A DNA stretch of 63,690 nucleotides, filler included, from Octopus bimaculoides (Eukaryota), in the NCBI RefSeq assembly GCF_001194135.2. It is 4 parts of 3 records of this genome, joined end to end, with 100 filler letters (N's around TTAATTAATTAA, not from the genome) between each part and the next. Parts side by side here need not be neighbours in the genome. Positions count along the whole stretch, not along the records: positions 1 to 30,258 come from NC_068999.1; 3 more parts are not named here. One strand, written 5' to 3'. The notes beneath the pieces are model-generated. The model was not told where the DNA came from. It searched no databases and saw only the letters and a list, made by a program, of their open reading frames with translations. Positions 13,029-26,684 of the stretch are shown here, piece by piece. The translations under genes were made by a program, and so were the position numbers. Numbering within the stretch: position 1 is the stretch's first letter; the number at the start of each line of letters is the position of its first letter.

Positions 13029-13526
13029 TATATATATATATAAAATAGACATTATAATTTCCCACTGATGTAAAATACAATTAAGTAAAAAGAAGTACTC
13101 AATACTGTTTGGTAGAGTGGAATAATATTTATTCAAAGTCAAATTGCTGTGGGGTTAGAGTTCTTGTTCCTAATCCTTAGGTGACCAGAATGTGGTATTT
13201 AGAGCTTTTTTATATATCAAGATCTGTTTAAGTTACACTGGAAGCAATTACCGATTCCACATATGGACATAAAACAATGAGCAAAAAGTATAAAATTTAT
13301 AAAAACTTTTTATAAAACAAATTCTGCAGATAAGGTGAGTGTTTTTATAGATAAGATTCTATAAAAAATTCAAATAAAAAATTGTGAAGGCCCTTGTTGT
13401 TTACGTATGAAGGCACAAGTGACTAGAGAGAAATTTTTTAAAGTTGCAATATTTGGGTTTTTATCTTTAGATGTGGTTTATGATTGGGGATATGAATAGT
13501 ACATGTAGTCTTTATTGTCTGCATCT

Positions 13527-13702
13527 TTAACCCTTTAACATTTAATCTGGCCATATCCAGGGCTTATAATCTGAAGAAGAATGTGATCCTGTAAACCAAA
13601 AACTAGAACTTAGAAGTTACAGGGTGGTGATTGAGTAGTATTTGCAAAGAGATTGTGAAGAGTATGGTATTAGAAAGCAGTTTTGGCTGAACACAAGGTT
13701 AA
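13527..13702. mobile_element. possible piggyBac-type MITE (TTAA-flanked)
   Basis: TTAA-CCCTTTAACATT at the left and AAGG-TTAA at the right. The right TIR is poorly conserved. Confidence 0.45.
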
Positions 13703-13759
13703 AGACAAACTCACTGCATTTTCATTGGAATATAATGTTGATGCAAATGCCAAATCATC

Positions 13760-14640
13760 TTTTTTGTTGCAAAGAAACATGAGGCAGTGATGAACTGGTT
13801 TATCTCTAATAATTGTGTGACATCTGTGGTTCGGAATTTCAAAATACTGCTGCCAAGCTAGCTAAGCAGAAGGACATCAAGAATCTTGGTGCTTGTAAAG
13901 GGTGGTTATGGCAATTTAGAAAATGCCATAAAATAGGCAATAAAATTACCCATGATGAAGGGGGTAGTATGTGAACTGAAGAAATTAACCTATTGGGAAG
14001 AGGTTAAATGACAGATACATATAAAAGACTTTTAATTTCCTAAATGTATAACAGGGATGGAATTAGATTTCATTGATGGTCACTACCTTGGAATACCCAA
14101 GCTATTAAGAATGAAGCACTCTGTTAATGGTCATAAATTAAGCAAATAATATTTGCCAGTTGCATGAATGCAGACCATGTGCACCTTTTAAAGTAAGTAG
14201 TGGTGGGAAGGTCTGTACATCGATGAGTTTTCAAAGACATAATGCACCAGCTACCAATGCATGATTTCCATTTTAAGAAACAATAGGTTAATGTTCAAAT
14301 TCTTAACAACTGGTTTTTCATTCCTAGAGTACATAAATTCGAGGAAAATGTCCTCAAACAACTTTCTACTGATGAGGTAAAGGCACTGTTAATTTGGGAC
14401 AAAGCATAAGTTCTACCATATGGTCACCAATTTGTCAGTAATGATGGAAAAAATAAGGTTCATGTTCTTGTCATCCCATGTTACTCTACAATCCAGCCAA
14501 TGGATCAAGATATAATTGTAGTCTGCAAACACTTAATTTCATGAAAATATTTGGATGAAATTCTTGGGGTGCTAGAAGAGGACAATATGAAAGAGAGCAC
14601 ACAAGGACAAAGAACACTCAAAAAGCTTTATAGAAGGCAC
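13760..14640 (+). mobile_element. Tigger/pogo-like transposase remnant
   Basis: CENP-B-type HTH piece AAKLAKQKDIKNLGACKGWLWQFRKCHKI, then SLPWNTQA, KALLIWDKA and QPMDQDII (the QPMDQG motif). Confidence 0.75.
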
Positions 14641-15409
14641 TGAAGATAACCTTTCACACCAATGTTTGGAAAAACATCTGAATGATGTTGAGGTATAAAA
14701 TGATTCTGAGGGATTCGAGGCAAGTGATTTTCATCATAAACTTCTGAGGGAAAGCAAATCAAACAGATTTCTGTCCAGAACTTGTGTAGAAAACACAGAA
14801 GATCCTGGATATTAGGAAAGAGAAATAGTAGGGAACATTCTTGTAAGTGACAGTAGAGATAGTGAGGATAAGGGAAACAACAAACTATTGCTCAAAGAAC
14901 TCAAACTCTGTTACATGCATATCTCTTGATAATGTCCTTTTGCATATTGACTTGTCAACAGAAAGTGATATTCTGTAATATATCAACACTTTAGAGGCTT
15001 AAGGAAACTCATTATCTGGAAACAGTATCAGCAAAGTAAACAACTGAAGCCGGACTCTTCTTTAAGCCAATTTCTTCCCATTCTGCTGCAGCGGTTATAT
15101 CTGCCAATGATATTAATGACTTGCTTGCTGCTGATTTAATCCCCTTTCATTTATCTCAGACTTCTCCAAGTCAAAAACAAGGACTAATTGAGTATTATAG
15201 TTCCACTAACTCATAATGACAAGTTATCACTTCTAAATCAACCTGATATGATAGAAATTACCTGGATCACATCAGGCTCAACTGTCTTCTACCACAGGTA
15301 AATTAAATTAATTTATATAATCATATATAAATTCAATAAAATTAATTCATATAACTCTTCAACTTTTGAATACTGTAATTTTAAATAATTTTATATAATA
15401 TAAATCTAT

Positions 15410-15622
15410 ACTCTTTTAATTGTTTCAGTCATTTGACTGTAGCCATGCTGGACCACCGCCTTTAGTCGAGCAAATCGACCCTAGGACTTATTCTTTGGAA
15501 GATTAGTACTTATTCTATTGGTCCTTTTTGCCAAACTGCTAAGTTACAGGGGCGTAAACATACCAGCATTGGTTGTCAAGCGATGTTGGGGGACAAACAC
15601 AGACACACAAACATATACACAC

Positions 15623-15664
<42 letters not shown>

Positions 15665-15822
15665 GACAGGTTTCTTTCAGGTTTCGTCTATCAAATCCAC
15701 TCACAAGGTTTTGGTCAGCCCGAGGCTATAGTAGAAGACACTTGCCCAATATGCCACGCAGTGGGACTGAACCTGGAACCATGTGGTTGGTAAGCAAGCT
15801 ACTTACAGCCACTCCTACGCCT
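15410..15822 (-). mobile_element. tRNA-derived SINE, family A (near full length)
   Basis: The minus strand shows head GGTTCCAGGTTCAGTCCC, conserved body, internal (TA)n tract and the same tail as the 6045 copy. Confidence 0.85.
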
Positions 15823-17169
15823 ATATACGATGTTTAAAGTATTTTCGAAATTTTATTGCTGTCTATTGTGTTCAGCATATTTTTAATGCCTTCTCAGGAA
15901 ATTTTCAGACTGTGCATCCACGTCTGAAATTTCTCCCCATTTCACTGTCTTAATCATTGTTTTTAACATAGGCATAAAGTCAGGAAATTGAGGTGAGAGT
16001 TTAGTTCAAAAGGATGAAAAGTAAAGTTGATCCTGGCAACTGTTGAACCCAGAACATAAAGAGCTGGAAGAAATATCTTAAGGTGTTTTGTCCAATACAC
16101 TAATGATTCTCACCCTTCATGACTGCTTCAATAATTGAAATATCTTAATGGAATTTTGCAGACATACATTATTGGGTGGTGTGTGGATTACCACTGCGCT
16201 GATTAAATTATTTCTTTTTCAGAAAGCAAATAATGCCACATATTTTTGACCATTCAAAAACTTTCTACGCAACATTAAAAGAAAGTTCTGATTAATATTA
16301 TTCATTATCAACTTGAATTTAGAAGGCATGATGAAAAAAATTTCTGAGTTTTTGTGCTATAATACAGATCAGAAGTATTCTGGATAGGTGCTCCCAAAGA
16401 ATAGATTTGGAAAATGTCAAGTGCACTAAAAATCATAATTACTTTGGATGTGTATGTTTTAAGCATTGTAGATTGTGATTCTCCAAAAGGAAAATTAAGG
16501 CTGGTGATAGTGGCAGGGAATTTTTGTACTTCCTAATTTTTCAGTTTTGAATTTCTTCTGAAAATTTTTCCAGATTTATGTTTTAAACATTTATGACTAT
16601 GATTCTTCAAAAATATACAGAGCTTAAATTTTAAAAAGGTTTCAAAAGTCAAAACTGAAAAATTATGATGGAGTAGGGAATGACCCTAATTTTTTTTATT
16701 CATAATCTGTTATGCTGAAATTGCATGCATTGAAAGAAATTACAGCTTTGGCACATAAGATAATTTCTAACTCAATTCTTTAGGAACATCCCTGGATGGT
16801 ATTGTTGCTGAGCAATTTTCCCAATAGGATGTCTTTATTTCAATTTTGTTTTTGTTCCATGTCAGACTATATCTTCTCCGACTGGTAGGCCTCTTGATCC
16901 GGACAGATTTCTGCATTATTTGAGGCAATTTATAATGTATTGATAAACTAATTTTTTTTCCCCATTTGGTGCATAAATGTAAAGATTTTTCTTAGCTTGC
17001 TGCTGATGCTTTGTAAGGGTCTTTTAACTCTGTTGCCCTAATGAAATTCCTTACACATACACACACTTGATGATACACATATACTGAGAGTGAGAAACAG
17101 TGTGGTAAATGTAGAGAGGGGGGAAAGTTTTCAGTGAGAAAAATGTAAATGAAAGAAATAGAGGATAAG

Positions 17170-17900
17170 TTTATCCCTGTGGTGACAACTGGAGATGACA
17201 TCACAGAGTTGGTTGTAAAATTCATCCTTTTCCTGCTCAGTGCTGGCCATGGTTGGGGCATAGCACGAGTGTTGTGATTAAGTTCCAATGTTAGTGTCAT
17301 GATGCAATCAGAAATACCTTTGGACAGAGAAAGAAGGGATCTAGCTATTTCTGTTTTGATGGTAAAACCAACACCAAAGTGGCATGGTTTGTCTTCATTT
17401 CTTCCACACCAGAAAAATATGTATCCACCTTTATTTTCTTCTAACTGTGATGATCCTGCAAGATGAGTTTCACTGAGTGCAGCTATGTCAATTTTGTATT
17501 TCTTTAATTCAAGGCAACCAGTGCTGTTTTTCATTCTGGTGCCGAGTGACTGTCTTGAAAGTGCGCACATTCCCAAAACCAAGGTTAATATTCTTAGATT
17601 TCTTAAAGTTTCGACTGCGTTACTTAACAACCAGACAGCTGCCGCAGGCTGCCAAGTTTAAGGTGAGTAAGCAACGTTTGGGGCTCCTTTTCTTGCCCCT
17701 CCCCCTGTTGGGGAAAGCAGTGTTGTGTCTAAATAGACCTACCTTGTCACAACTGGAGCACAGTTACTCACAAGTTCTGTGCTGCAATGGTCATCATCCA
17801 ATGGTCGCCAACTGTGTAGAGATCCAGCAAGAGACTTCCAGTAATATCTTTACCTGTCCCTGCTGCTATCACTCTCTCGCCAGGACTTTTTGATTTTTGC
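17170..17900 (-). mobile_element. RTE/BovB-like LINE 5' fragment (endonuclease)
   Basis: GNVRTF, IDIAALSETHLAGSSQLEE..GGYIFFWCG, GVGFTIK, ISDCIMTL and YAPTMAS..EKDEFYN, with frameshifts. Confidence 0.8.
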
Positions 17901-18282
17901 AAGTTAAAGCTGTGCTGTATTGAATGAATAAATGTAAGTTGTCAGAAAACCCACACATACGATTTGATTTGAGTGTTGAAGGCTTGTGTAGAATCAGCCA
18001 CACGTTTTGGAAGTGATGATAGCAAGAATATGGTACACATATGTACCACAAAACCAAGAACACACTTCAGAGGTTTCCATTTAGACAAGTTGCTATAAAC
18101 AAGTTAGAAAGCCTAGTGTACCCTATGAGTCAGAGTTTGCTGATAGTACAGCCCTGTTAGGGAGACACTCAGCAACCAAAGACCTGGTTTTATATCAGAG
18201 TTTTCCTCTCCTAGATGGGATGCCTTCCACAGTTAAGGAGCCCCATCTACCCTCTAATACATGGAATTAAATACATCGAATT

Positions 18283-18338
<56 letters not shown>

Positions 18339-18475
18339 NNNNNNNNNNNNNNNNNNNNNNNNNNNNNNNNNNNNNNNNNNNNNNNNNNNNNNNNNNNNNN
18401 NNNNNNNNNNNNNNNNNNNNNNNNNNNNNNNNNNNNNNNNNNNNNNNNNNNNNNNNNNNNNNNNNNNNNNNNTAT

Positions 18476-18517
<42 letters not shown>

Positions 18518-18699
18518 GCACACACATATAGTTGTATGGCTGTTGACTGCTCATGAGTTCCTCCGCCCTTTATGACGTTTTATTTTTCGTTCTGCAGGAT
18601 GTCCAACAATCACCCTCCTCACCAAGCAAGCTTGGTGGAGTTACCAGTTTAGTCACTAATGACCTTACCATGTAACAGGTTGTACTGGGTTACATATAC

Positions 18700-21600
18700 A
18701 TAACATATATCTGATGGGGTAGGTGGTGTGGGCATACTTCTTGAAGAGAAATGGGTTAAGATCATAGAGGTAGCCAGAGTGTGCGATAGAGTACTTAAGC
18801 TCAGGCTAGTTTTGCAGAATAGCACAGTGATGATTATCTCTGCTTATGCCCCACCAAGCGGGTCCACCAAATGAACAAAAGGACTGCTTTTATGACATCC
18901 TTCTGCAGGCTACCACAAAGACGAATGACAATGATCACATCTTTGTGGCTGGTGATTTCAATTGACGTGTTGGGCAGCAGCCAGGTATCTTCCGTGGTGT
19001 ACATGGGGGCCACAGAATTGGTTCATGAAACGAAGAGGGAACAAGGCTACTGGAGTTCTGTGATAAAAATAACCTATCGATTTGCAACACTAACTTCAGG
19101 AAGCCAGACAGCCACCTGATAACCTATCGATTGGGTGACCATGCCAGCCAGATTGATTACATTCTCATCATGACAGTGAGATAAAATGGTTGTTCATAAA
19201 TGTAAAGACCTCTGGTGAAGAATGTACCCCCCATCATAGACACCAAGAAGACCAATTTGGAAAAGAAGGAACTGAAAGCTTAAGGATCCTCTGTATGGTC
19301 AGAGATTTAGGCCATTAGAGCAAAGAAACAAACCTGGAAGGACTAGCCAGAAAGGAAGCTAGGAGGCAGGTATATTTAGTCAGGGAAATAGCAGAAAAAA
19401 AGAAGTTTGCCAATGTTCTGAAACATGGGGACCAGAGACTTGAAGTGTTTCAGATTGCAAGACAGTGAGAGAAAATCGTGATGTCATAGGAGAGAAATGT
19501 GTCCGTATGGATGATGGTTTGCTTGCATTTAACAATTCTGCAAAGAAAGAGGCTTGGAAATGTCATTATGAAAAGCTGTTAAATGTGGAAAATGAATGGG
19601 ACAAGGAGTCTGTCAAACATTGACCCAACTAAGAGACCAGCTCTCTAGATCAAACGTAGCTTGGTAGATAAAGCAATTAAGGATATGAAGACAGGTTAAA
19701 CCCTCAGCCCACCAGGAAAAACTGCTGAGGTGCTTAAAATATGTGGCAGAGTAGGATATAGCCTAGTCACCCATATAGTTAATAAGGTTGTCCATGAGGG
19801 AGTCATACCCAACGATTGGTGTAGCAGCATTATAGTCAACTGCTACAAAGCAAAGGTGATGCCTTAGACAGAAATAATAACAGAGGTATCAAATTGTTGG
19901 ACTAGGTGATGCAAATCACAGCTCAATTAATTAGGGAAAAAGTTACTGTAGATGAGATGCAGTTTGGGTTTGTGCCAGGCAGGAGCATGACCAATGCTAT
20001 ATTCTTGGTTAGGCAAATGCAGGAGAAATATCTAACCAAAAATAAACCCCAGTACCTAGTTTTTGTCAACATGGAGAAAGCTTTTGACAGAGTCCCCTGT
20101 TCCCTTATCTGGTGCAGAAGCTAGGGATATATGAGTGGCTTGTGAGAGCTGTACAAGCCATGTACAGAGATGCTGTCAGTAAGGTGAAGATTAGCAATGA
20201 ATATAGCAATGAATTCAGGGTACAAGAAGGGGTTCACTAAGGATTAGTCCTCAGCCTCCTTCTTGTTCATCATAGTCCTCCAGGCAATAACAGAGGAATT
20301 TAAGATGGGAGCTGCTCTATGCTATGCTGATGACCTTACTCTTATAGCCGAGTCACTACTGGAACTAGAGAAGAAATTTCAGCTGTGGAAACAAGGCCTA
20401 GAATCAAAGGGCTTTACAGTTAATCTAACAAAAACCAAAGTCTTTGTAAGTAGGAGAGCAGACAAATCACAAATCCCTTCAGGTAGATGGCCCTGCTCAA
20501 TCTGTAGAAAAGGCATAGGTAGAAACTCCATAAGATGTACCAGGTGTAAGCTATGGACACATAAGGGGTGCAGGAATATCAGAGGAAGGTTAACAAGGAA
20601 ATTAGTTTTTGTGTGTGGAAGGTGCACAGGTAGACTAAAAACGTACAGAAAATAGACTTCATCAAATGCCAGTGGGGAAAGGTAGAAGTAGTTGATAGCT
20701 TCCATTATCTAAGTGACCAAATTGGTAGTGGAGGTGGATGCGCCGAGGGCATAGCTCCTAGAATAAGAATAGACTGGGCAAAGTTCAGAGAGCTCCTACC
20801 TCTGTTGGTAACAAAGTGTCTCACTCTCAGAGTGAAAGGCAGATTGTATGACGCCTGTGTGCGAACAGCCACGCTACATGGCAGTGAAACATGGACTGTG
20901 ACTGCTGAGGACATGTGTAGGCTTGAAAGAAATGAAGCTAGTATGCTTTGCTTGATGTGCAATATCAGTGTGCATGTACGACAGAGTATAAGTGTCTTGA
21001 GAGAAAAATTGGGTGTATGAAGCATCAGATGTAGTGTGCAAGAGAGACGACTGCACTGGTATGGTCATGTAATGCATATGGATGTGGACAGCTGTGTGAA
21101 GTGCCAATCTCTAACAGTGGAGGGAAACCCAGGAAGACATGGGACAAGGTAGTGAAGCGTGATCTTCAAACATTGGACCTCACAAAGGCAATGACTAGTG
21201 ACCGAGACCTTTGGTGATATACTGTGCTTGAGAAGATACATCAAGCTGAGTGAAGCCATTGTTGTGGTCATGTCATGTAACTGATACCTGTGCTGGTGGC
21301 ATGTAAAAAGCACCCTTTGAGCATTAGGCCTCATGGAGGCAATGTGGCCGATGTTGGTATTGTGTAGGTAGCACCCATGCTGGTGGCACATAAAAAGCAC
21401 CTTTCGAGCGTTGGGCCTCACAGAGGCAATGACAAATGACCAAGACTTTTAACAATATGCTGTGCTTGAGAAGAAGACCCATCGAGCCAAGGGAAATCAT
21501 AGTCATGGCAGATACTGGTGCCATGCAGCTGGCATCCATGCCAAAAGCATGCAAAAGCACCCATTACTCTCTCAGAGTAGTTGGCATTAGGAAGGGCATC

Positions 21601-21723
21601 CAGTCATAGAAACCATACCACATCAGACTGGAGTCTGGTGCAGCCCTTCAGCTTACCAGACTGGTCAAACCGTCCAACTCATGCCAGCATGGACAATGGA
21701 TGTTAAATGATGATGATGATGAT
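18700..21723 (+). mobile_element. near full-length decayed RTE-clade LINE
   Basis: EN motif GVGGVGILL..CDRVL..ISAYAP. RT motifs QFGFVPGRSMTNAIFLVRQMQEKY..MEKAFDRVP and YADDL. Cys-rich insert WPCSICRKG..CTRCKLWTHKGC..FVCGRC, then LYDACVRTATLHGSETW. 3' UTR with internal subrepeats and a (GAT)n tail at about 21709-21723. Confidence 0.9.
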
Positions 21724-21915
21724 TTATGTATTCATATATATGACAGGTTTCTTTCAGTTTCCACTATCAGATTCACTCAAGAGGCTTTCATCAGCCCAGC
21801 TACAGCAGAGGATACTTGCCCATATCCCACACAGTGGGATTGAACTCAAAACCACATGGTTGAAAAGCAAATATCTTCACCATACAGCCATAACTTGTAG
21901 AATTACCATCCACTT

Positions 21916-21921
21916 TTTATT
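21916..21921 (-). promoter_or_regulatory. candidate ERCC8 polyadenylation signal AATAAA
   Basis: TTTATT on the plus strand about 215 nt downstream of the ERCC8 stop. Supported by position only. Confidence 0.3.
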
Positions 21922-22135
21922 TAAAATATTCAATGATATAAATATAAATATAAATTTGTCAGTGATATCAAAAATGTTACTTCATAAGAAAATGAAATTT
22001 TGTCCATAGATTTATAAATTTTGACCTTCATCACTCATTCATGATTCTTCTTTAAATCTTACCTGATTTACAATATATTTATAAACACTTTACAGTTATA
22101 GACAAACACTTCTTTATGTATTTGCCTGAAGTCAT

Positions 22136-22641
22136 TTAATCTTCATCACTACTCCATGTATCAGCTGTTGGCAGAGCTGTTTTCTGATTAAAACTTTGAG
22201 TTCTATCTTGTGGTCTCTTTTGGCAGCTAATTGTTCTTAGATGTTCTTCATAGGCATCACCAGTGTTTGGAACCCATATAAGGATATTACGGTCATTTCC
22301 TCCAGAATACAATTCCTGGTAGTTACGCTGAAATTTACAACAGTTCACTTGGTTGTAATGTCCACGCAATACATCAATTTTAGATCCTGAGAAAATATTA
22401 TAAATGTTAATGTCACTACCTTCAGGGATAAAAATAACATCAGGCGAACCATTGTGAGAAACAGATATTTTGACACAGCGTCGGCTCATATTGTTAATTT
22501 TGCCATAGTTTACCAAAGTGTTTCTTCCTGAAGCTGTACTCCACAACCGAATACACTGGTCAGTACCCAGAGTTACCAAAAGAAGACCGTCTGTTGTAAA
22601 TTGTAGTCCATTAACATGGCCATCATGAGCAAATACATGTG
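22136..22641 (-). CDS. ERCC8: ERCC8/CSA last coding exon
   Basis: Acceptor TTTTTCCCTTTCAG, phase 1. Translates AHDGHVNGLQFTTDGLLLVTLGTDQCIRLW...LRGHYNQVNCC..QELYSGGNDRNILIWVP...DTWSSDED*, resembling CSA WD repeats and its acidic WSSSDE-type C-terminus. Confidence 0.93.
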
Positions 22642-23039
22642 CTGAAAGGGAAAAATATTGCTTGGTATGATTATAGAATTGTTAGATATACTGATTTTTT
22701 TATTGTTACACACAAGAGCAATTTTTACAGGAGAAGAGATATTGTCAGTTAAACTGACTCTAGTATAATGTCAGTACTTATTTTAAGCTCAAAGGAAAGC
22801 TCTCATGCATTTGAACTAAAATGAAAAAGGATTTAAGAGTAGAAGCAGTGAAAGTTACTATCTAATGCTCTTGAACATCTTCAAGGATTGAATTTTTTTA
22901 CTCTATGCTACAGCTCAGCAGTGTCTTGCTAAATAAATAACACTGATATATGGACATAGTCATTGGTAATAATTCAAAGTTAAATATAGTCGTGTAAGAA
23001 GTGGGTAATCTTTGATATATATACAATTCTTAACAGAGG

Positions 23040-23259
23040 TATGAGGTGGTACTGAAAAGTTCCTGGCCTTGTGTAAAAGAAAATATAGGAGGATCAGTTA
23101 ATTATGATTTTATTCAACATATTCTCTTCTCAGATTCACACACTTATTGCAGCGGTCTTTCAGCTTTTCTAAGCGTTGTAAAAAAACTCAGAAGGTTGGG
23201 CCTCCAACAAGACCTTTCATGATACCCTTAAAGCCACAAACTTTTCAGCACCCCTCGTA
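23040..23259. mobile_element. mariner-type MITE (TA-flanked)
   Basis: Ends TATGAGGTGGTACTGAAAAGTT and AACTTTTCAGCACCCCTCGTA are inverted repeats. A second copy is at 59885-60105. Confidence 0.8.
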
Positions 23260-23379
23260 AGTCTGCAGTAAATATTGATTCTGAAATAATTGAAGGCTTT
23301 TCTAGTGGAATTTTACTACTTTAAGCTAGAGAATGTACCATAGTTTAGATATTCTTTTCTACTCTAGGCACAATGTGCC

Positions 23380-23565
23380 CGAAATTTTGGGGAAGTGGGG
23401 CCAGTCGATTAGATTGGCCCTGTACGCAACTGGTACTTAACTTATCGACACCGAAAGAATGAAAGGCAAAGTCAACCTTGACGGAATTTGAACTCAGAAT
23501 GTAAAGACAGACGAAATACCGCTAAGCATTTTGCCTGGCATGCTAATGTTTCTGCCAGCTCGCCA
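23380..23565 (-). mobile_element. tRNA-derived SINE, family B
   Basis: Minus strand GGCGAGCTGGCAGAAACATTAGC..GAGTTCAAATTCC..TTTGCCTTTCATTCTTTCGG. Relatives at 25660-25895, 41580-41660, 46045-46210, 57420-57560 and 57765-57990. Confidence 0.8.
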
Positions 23566-23864
23566 TAGATTAGATATTAAATCAATAAATTAATATAATT
23601 AATGATTAGTAACAAAGTCAAAATGAATCCCATAGCTTTATAATTAATTCTTCATTATTTATGTTAATTTTCCTTAGGAGATATTTAAAACATATTTTGG
23701 GAGCAAATTTAACCATACAGAACTTTTTAAAATTTGGACATTAGCTTACTGTGTAAAAAATATTTATAGCTAAGTGCACTTCATCATTAAGTACCTTTGC
23801 CAAGAGACACAATACATTATGTAGTACTGTGACAGCCATGAAAATGTGAAAAAAATTGTCTTAC

Positions 23865-23965
23865 TGTCTTTTGAATTAGAAAGTCCTTCACCATTAAATT
23901 GATCCATCTTCATTAAAGAGCCTTTTGCTCGTCGAATATCCCACAGAAGTACCTGGCCATCAGTG
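23865..23965 (-). CDS. ERCC8: ERCC8 internal exon (101 nt)
   Basis: TTTTTAG acceptor and GTAAGA donor, phases 2/1. Translates (S)TDGQVLLWDIRRAKGSLMKMDQFNGEG, matching CSA [24 protein letters not shown]. Confidence 0.92.
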
Positions 23966-24459
23966 CTAAAAAGAATTATTCAGAGACAAAGCTTCAATTA
24001 GAATTCAGTCAATAAACCATCCTGTCAATAAATACATGCATGCGGAAAAGTGTATGTATAGATAACTCTTAAATATTTCAAGACGGAATGATTATAAAAT
24101 CCATTGTCTACAATTAGACTAATTAGACTGAATTAAAAAGTTCTTCAGAAAATTTTGCTCATTTGAAACACTCTACTAATATACAGGTATTTTTAGGGCA
24201 TGACAACCAAATCCATTTCAAACAATTGTTATTGGGAAAATGTGGAATATAGATGAGTGCTTCAATGCTTAATTATACAAGAGTAAAGTTAATTTTGACA
24301 TAAAAGTTATTTGTTTCTTACAATTGTCTACAAAGGTCTTTTTTACAAGTCATAAGAAACAATAGAGCTACAGTAAAATTAGTATAAGGCAAAATTACTT
24401 TGGATATAAGTTGCAATATAGGTTTGTACAAAAATATAGAACAAGAGAAACTACAAGAG

Positions 24460-25050
24460 AAGTCCTAAGCTAAGATCAAACATTTCTATTTTGCATTCAC
24501 AAACTTGGAGAAAGGTTTTGATATAGTGGGTGCTGAGAAAGATATGATAAATAAATGGTTCAAGGGAACATTATAAGTTATGTTGTACAAGAATGCTGTA
24601 AGCAAAGTTTGGATTGGCAATAAATTCAATGAAGAATTTAATCTACATGGATATATTCAGTAGGGTTCTGTATGTAGCTTTTATCCACAGTAAGAGATAA
24701 GGAATGGATGACTTTAGAAATATTTGAAGGAAATTAATCTGATTCTCATTGCAGAATATAGAAAAGTGTTCCCAGCTTGGAAGAATAGTCTAGAATCAAA
24801 AGTCTAAAGTGTCAACATGACAAATACTAGTTAGTAACATAGGGAAAGAGATGCTATTGTGGAAGTGATTTTATATTATATGTGAAAAAAGGGTTAGTAG
24901 ATACTCAGTACTGAGAACTAAGTTCAAACAAATTGGTATACAAAAGATGCAGTGGGATCTCTAATGGATCGATAGGGAACCAAAATTTCATGGATTACTC
25001 AACTGGCTTGCTAGAAATTGTTGATAGTTTCTGCTACCTAAGAACAAAAT
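24460..25050 (+). mobile_element. decayed RTE RT fragment related to 18700-21723
   Basis: FAFTNLEKGFD, LYKNAVSKV.IGNKFNEEF and Q*GSV, collinear with the larger copy. Confidence 0.6.
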
Positions 25051-25059
25051 TATTATTAA

Positions 25060-26020
25060 AATTAGTTGGAGTGACCATTTTCTGAGCAGTTTTAATCCAG
25101 GTGTAGCAGAGCTGTTGAGGCTTGGTTAATGTTTTTAAGGATATCAATATAGATTTGATTTATGCCTATTGTGATTAGGACATCCAGGAAGGCTTTCTGC
25201 TCTTTTGAATTAAAGGCCTTTTCATAGTCTCAGAAGCTTTTGCTATGGTCTTGTTGGTATTCATTTGATTTTTCTTTTATATGGTTTATTGATTGAAGAT
25301 GATCTGTTATGGAGAATTTCTTTTTGAAACTTGCCTGTACTTTTGGTTGATTTTCATCAAAATCTCTTTCCATTCTATTCTGTATGACTCTAATGAATAT
25401 CATGTACAATTGGGATAATATACTGTTGATTAATAGTTTTTGATGTCTTTCCTATCTCTCCTTTTTATGTAGCAGTATGATCGTAGCTTCATTCCATAAA
25501 CCAGGGATTTCTTTTTGCTGCTTGGATCAGTTTTGTCATTCAACAGTTTTGTCATTATCTCTATTACTGGTCTCCCACTTACTTTTATTCAAACAGTTGT
25601 GATCTTTACTGGGACTTTGTTGCTTTCAGTTTTCTTCAATGCATTTACTGTTTCCTCTACAAGGCACGAACTGGCAGAAACATTAGCACGCCAGGCGAAA
25701 TGCTTAGCGATATTTCGTCTGCTGTTACGTTCCAAGTTCAAATTCTGCCGAGGTTGACTTTGCCTTTCATCCTTTCGGGGTCGATAAATTAAGTATCAGT
25801 TATGCACTGGAGTCGATGTAATCAACTTACTCCCTTTGTCTGTCCTTGTTTGTCCCCTCTCTGTTTAGCCCCTTGTGGACAATAAAGAAATAAGAATAGG
25901 TGATAGTTCTTCTTGATTGATTTATATTTCATTTGCCATCTAATAGTTTACTGTCAAACTTTGTAGCTGTTGATAAATATCTGAACATATCTTTAATATA
26001 TCACTTCTATCTGGCATTAA
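25060..26020 (-). mobile_element. decayed RTE RT fragment interrupted by a SINE B (25660-25895)
   Basis: Frameshifted RMERDFDENQPKVQASF, DHLQSINHIKEKSNEYQ and YEKAF. Confidence 0.6.
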
Positions 26021-26435
26021 ATCTCCATTTCTTTTTCTATCTTTGTACTTTCCCTTTTTCTATTTTTTTAGGCCTTTTCTACTCTGCAGAATCTTTACTA
26101 CCATTTCGTTTTTCTTTCTTTTTCTCCATTTCTCAGTCTCTAATTGTCTATCTCCTCCTCCTCCTTTTGTTCCTTTAACAATTCCAATTTATTGGACAGT
26201 TCAATTTGAATATCTATTTGTCTTTCCTGAAGTATTTTGTATGTTATATTTTTTTCCCCTTTTTGAGATAAGGAAATAACCGGTGTTTATAATATCAATT
26301 GCTACAGATTTTTAAAAAATTAAAATGAAGAAAACAAAAAATAAACATTCAGAGGATATATATAATTAGCCATAATTCAATCATTATTTTCTTCAAGAAA
26401 ATAACTCATAAAAAAAAATACTTGTTTATATTCAC

Positions 26436-26653
26436 CTGCCAGATGCTAAAATGAACTCGTCTTTGGGAGACCACTGCACACACTGCACTGGCTTATGATG
26501 ACCTCTTAAACTATGAGTTGCTGAGCCTGATTTCATATCAATCAGCTTTAGTGAGCTTCCTGTATAGCCAACAGCAATGAGAGAATGTTGTTGAGCTACT
26601 GATGATAAGTGATGACAATAGATGATTCCTTTAAACTCATAATGGTCAGCAAC
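26436..26653 (-). CDS. ERCC8: ERCC8 internal exon (218 nt)
   Basis: CTACAG acceptor and GTGAAT donor, phases 0/2. Translates VADHYEFKGIIYCHHLSSVAQQHSLIAVG..KLIDMKSGSATHSLRGH..VQWSPKDEFILASG. Missed by the ORF track. Confidence 0.93.
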
Positions 26654-26684
26654 CTGTAGTAGGAAGAAGAAAATGCTAGTTAAT

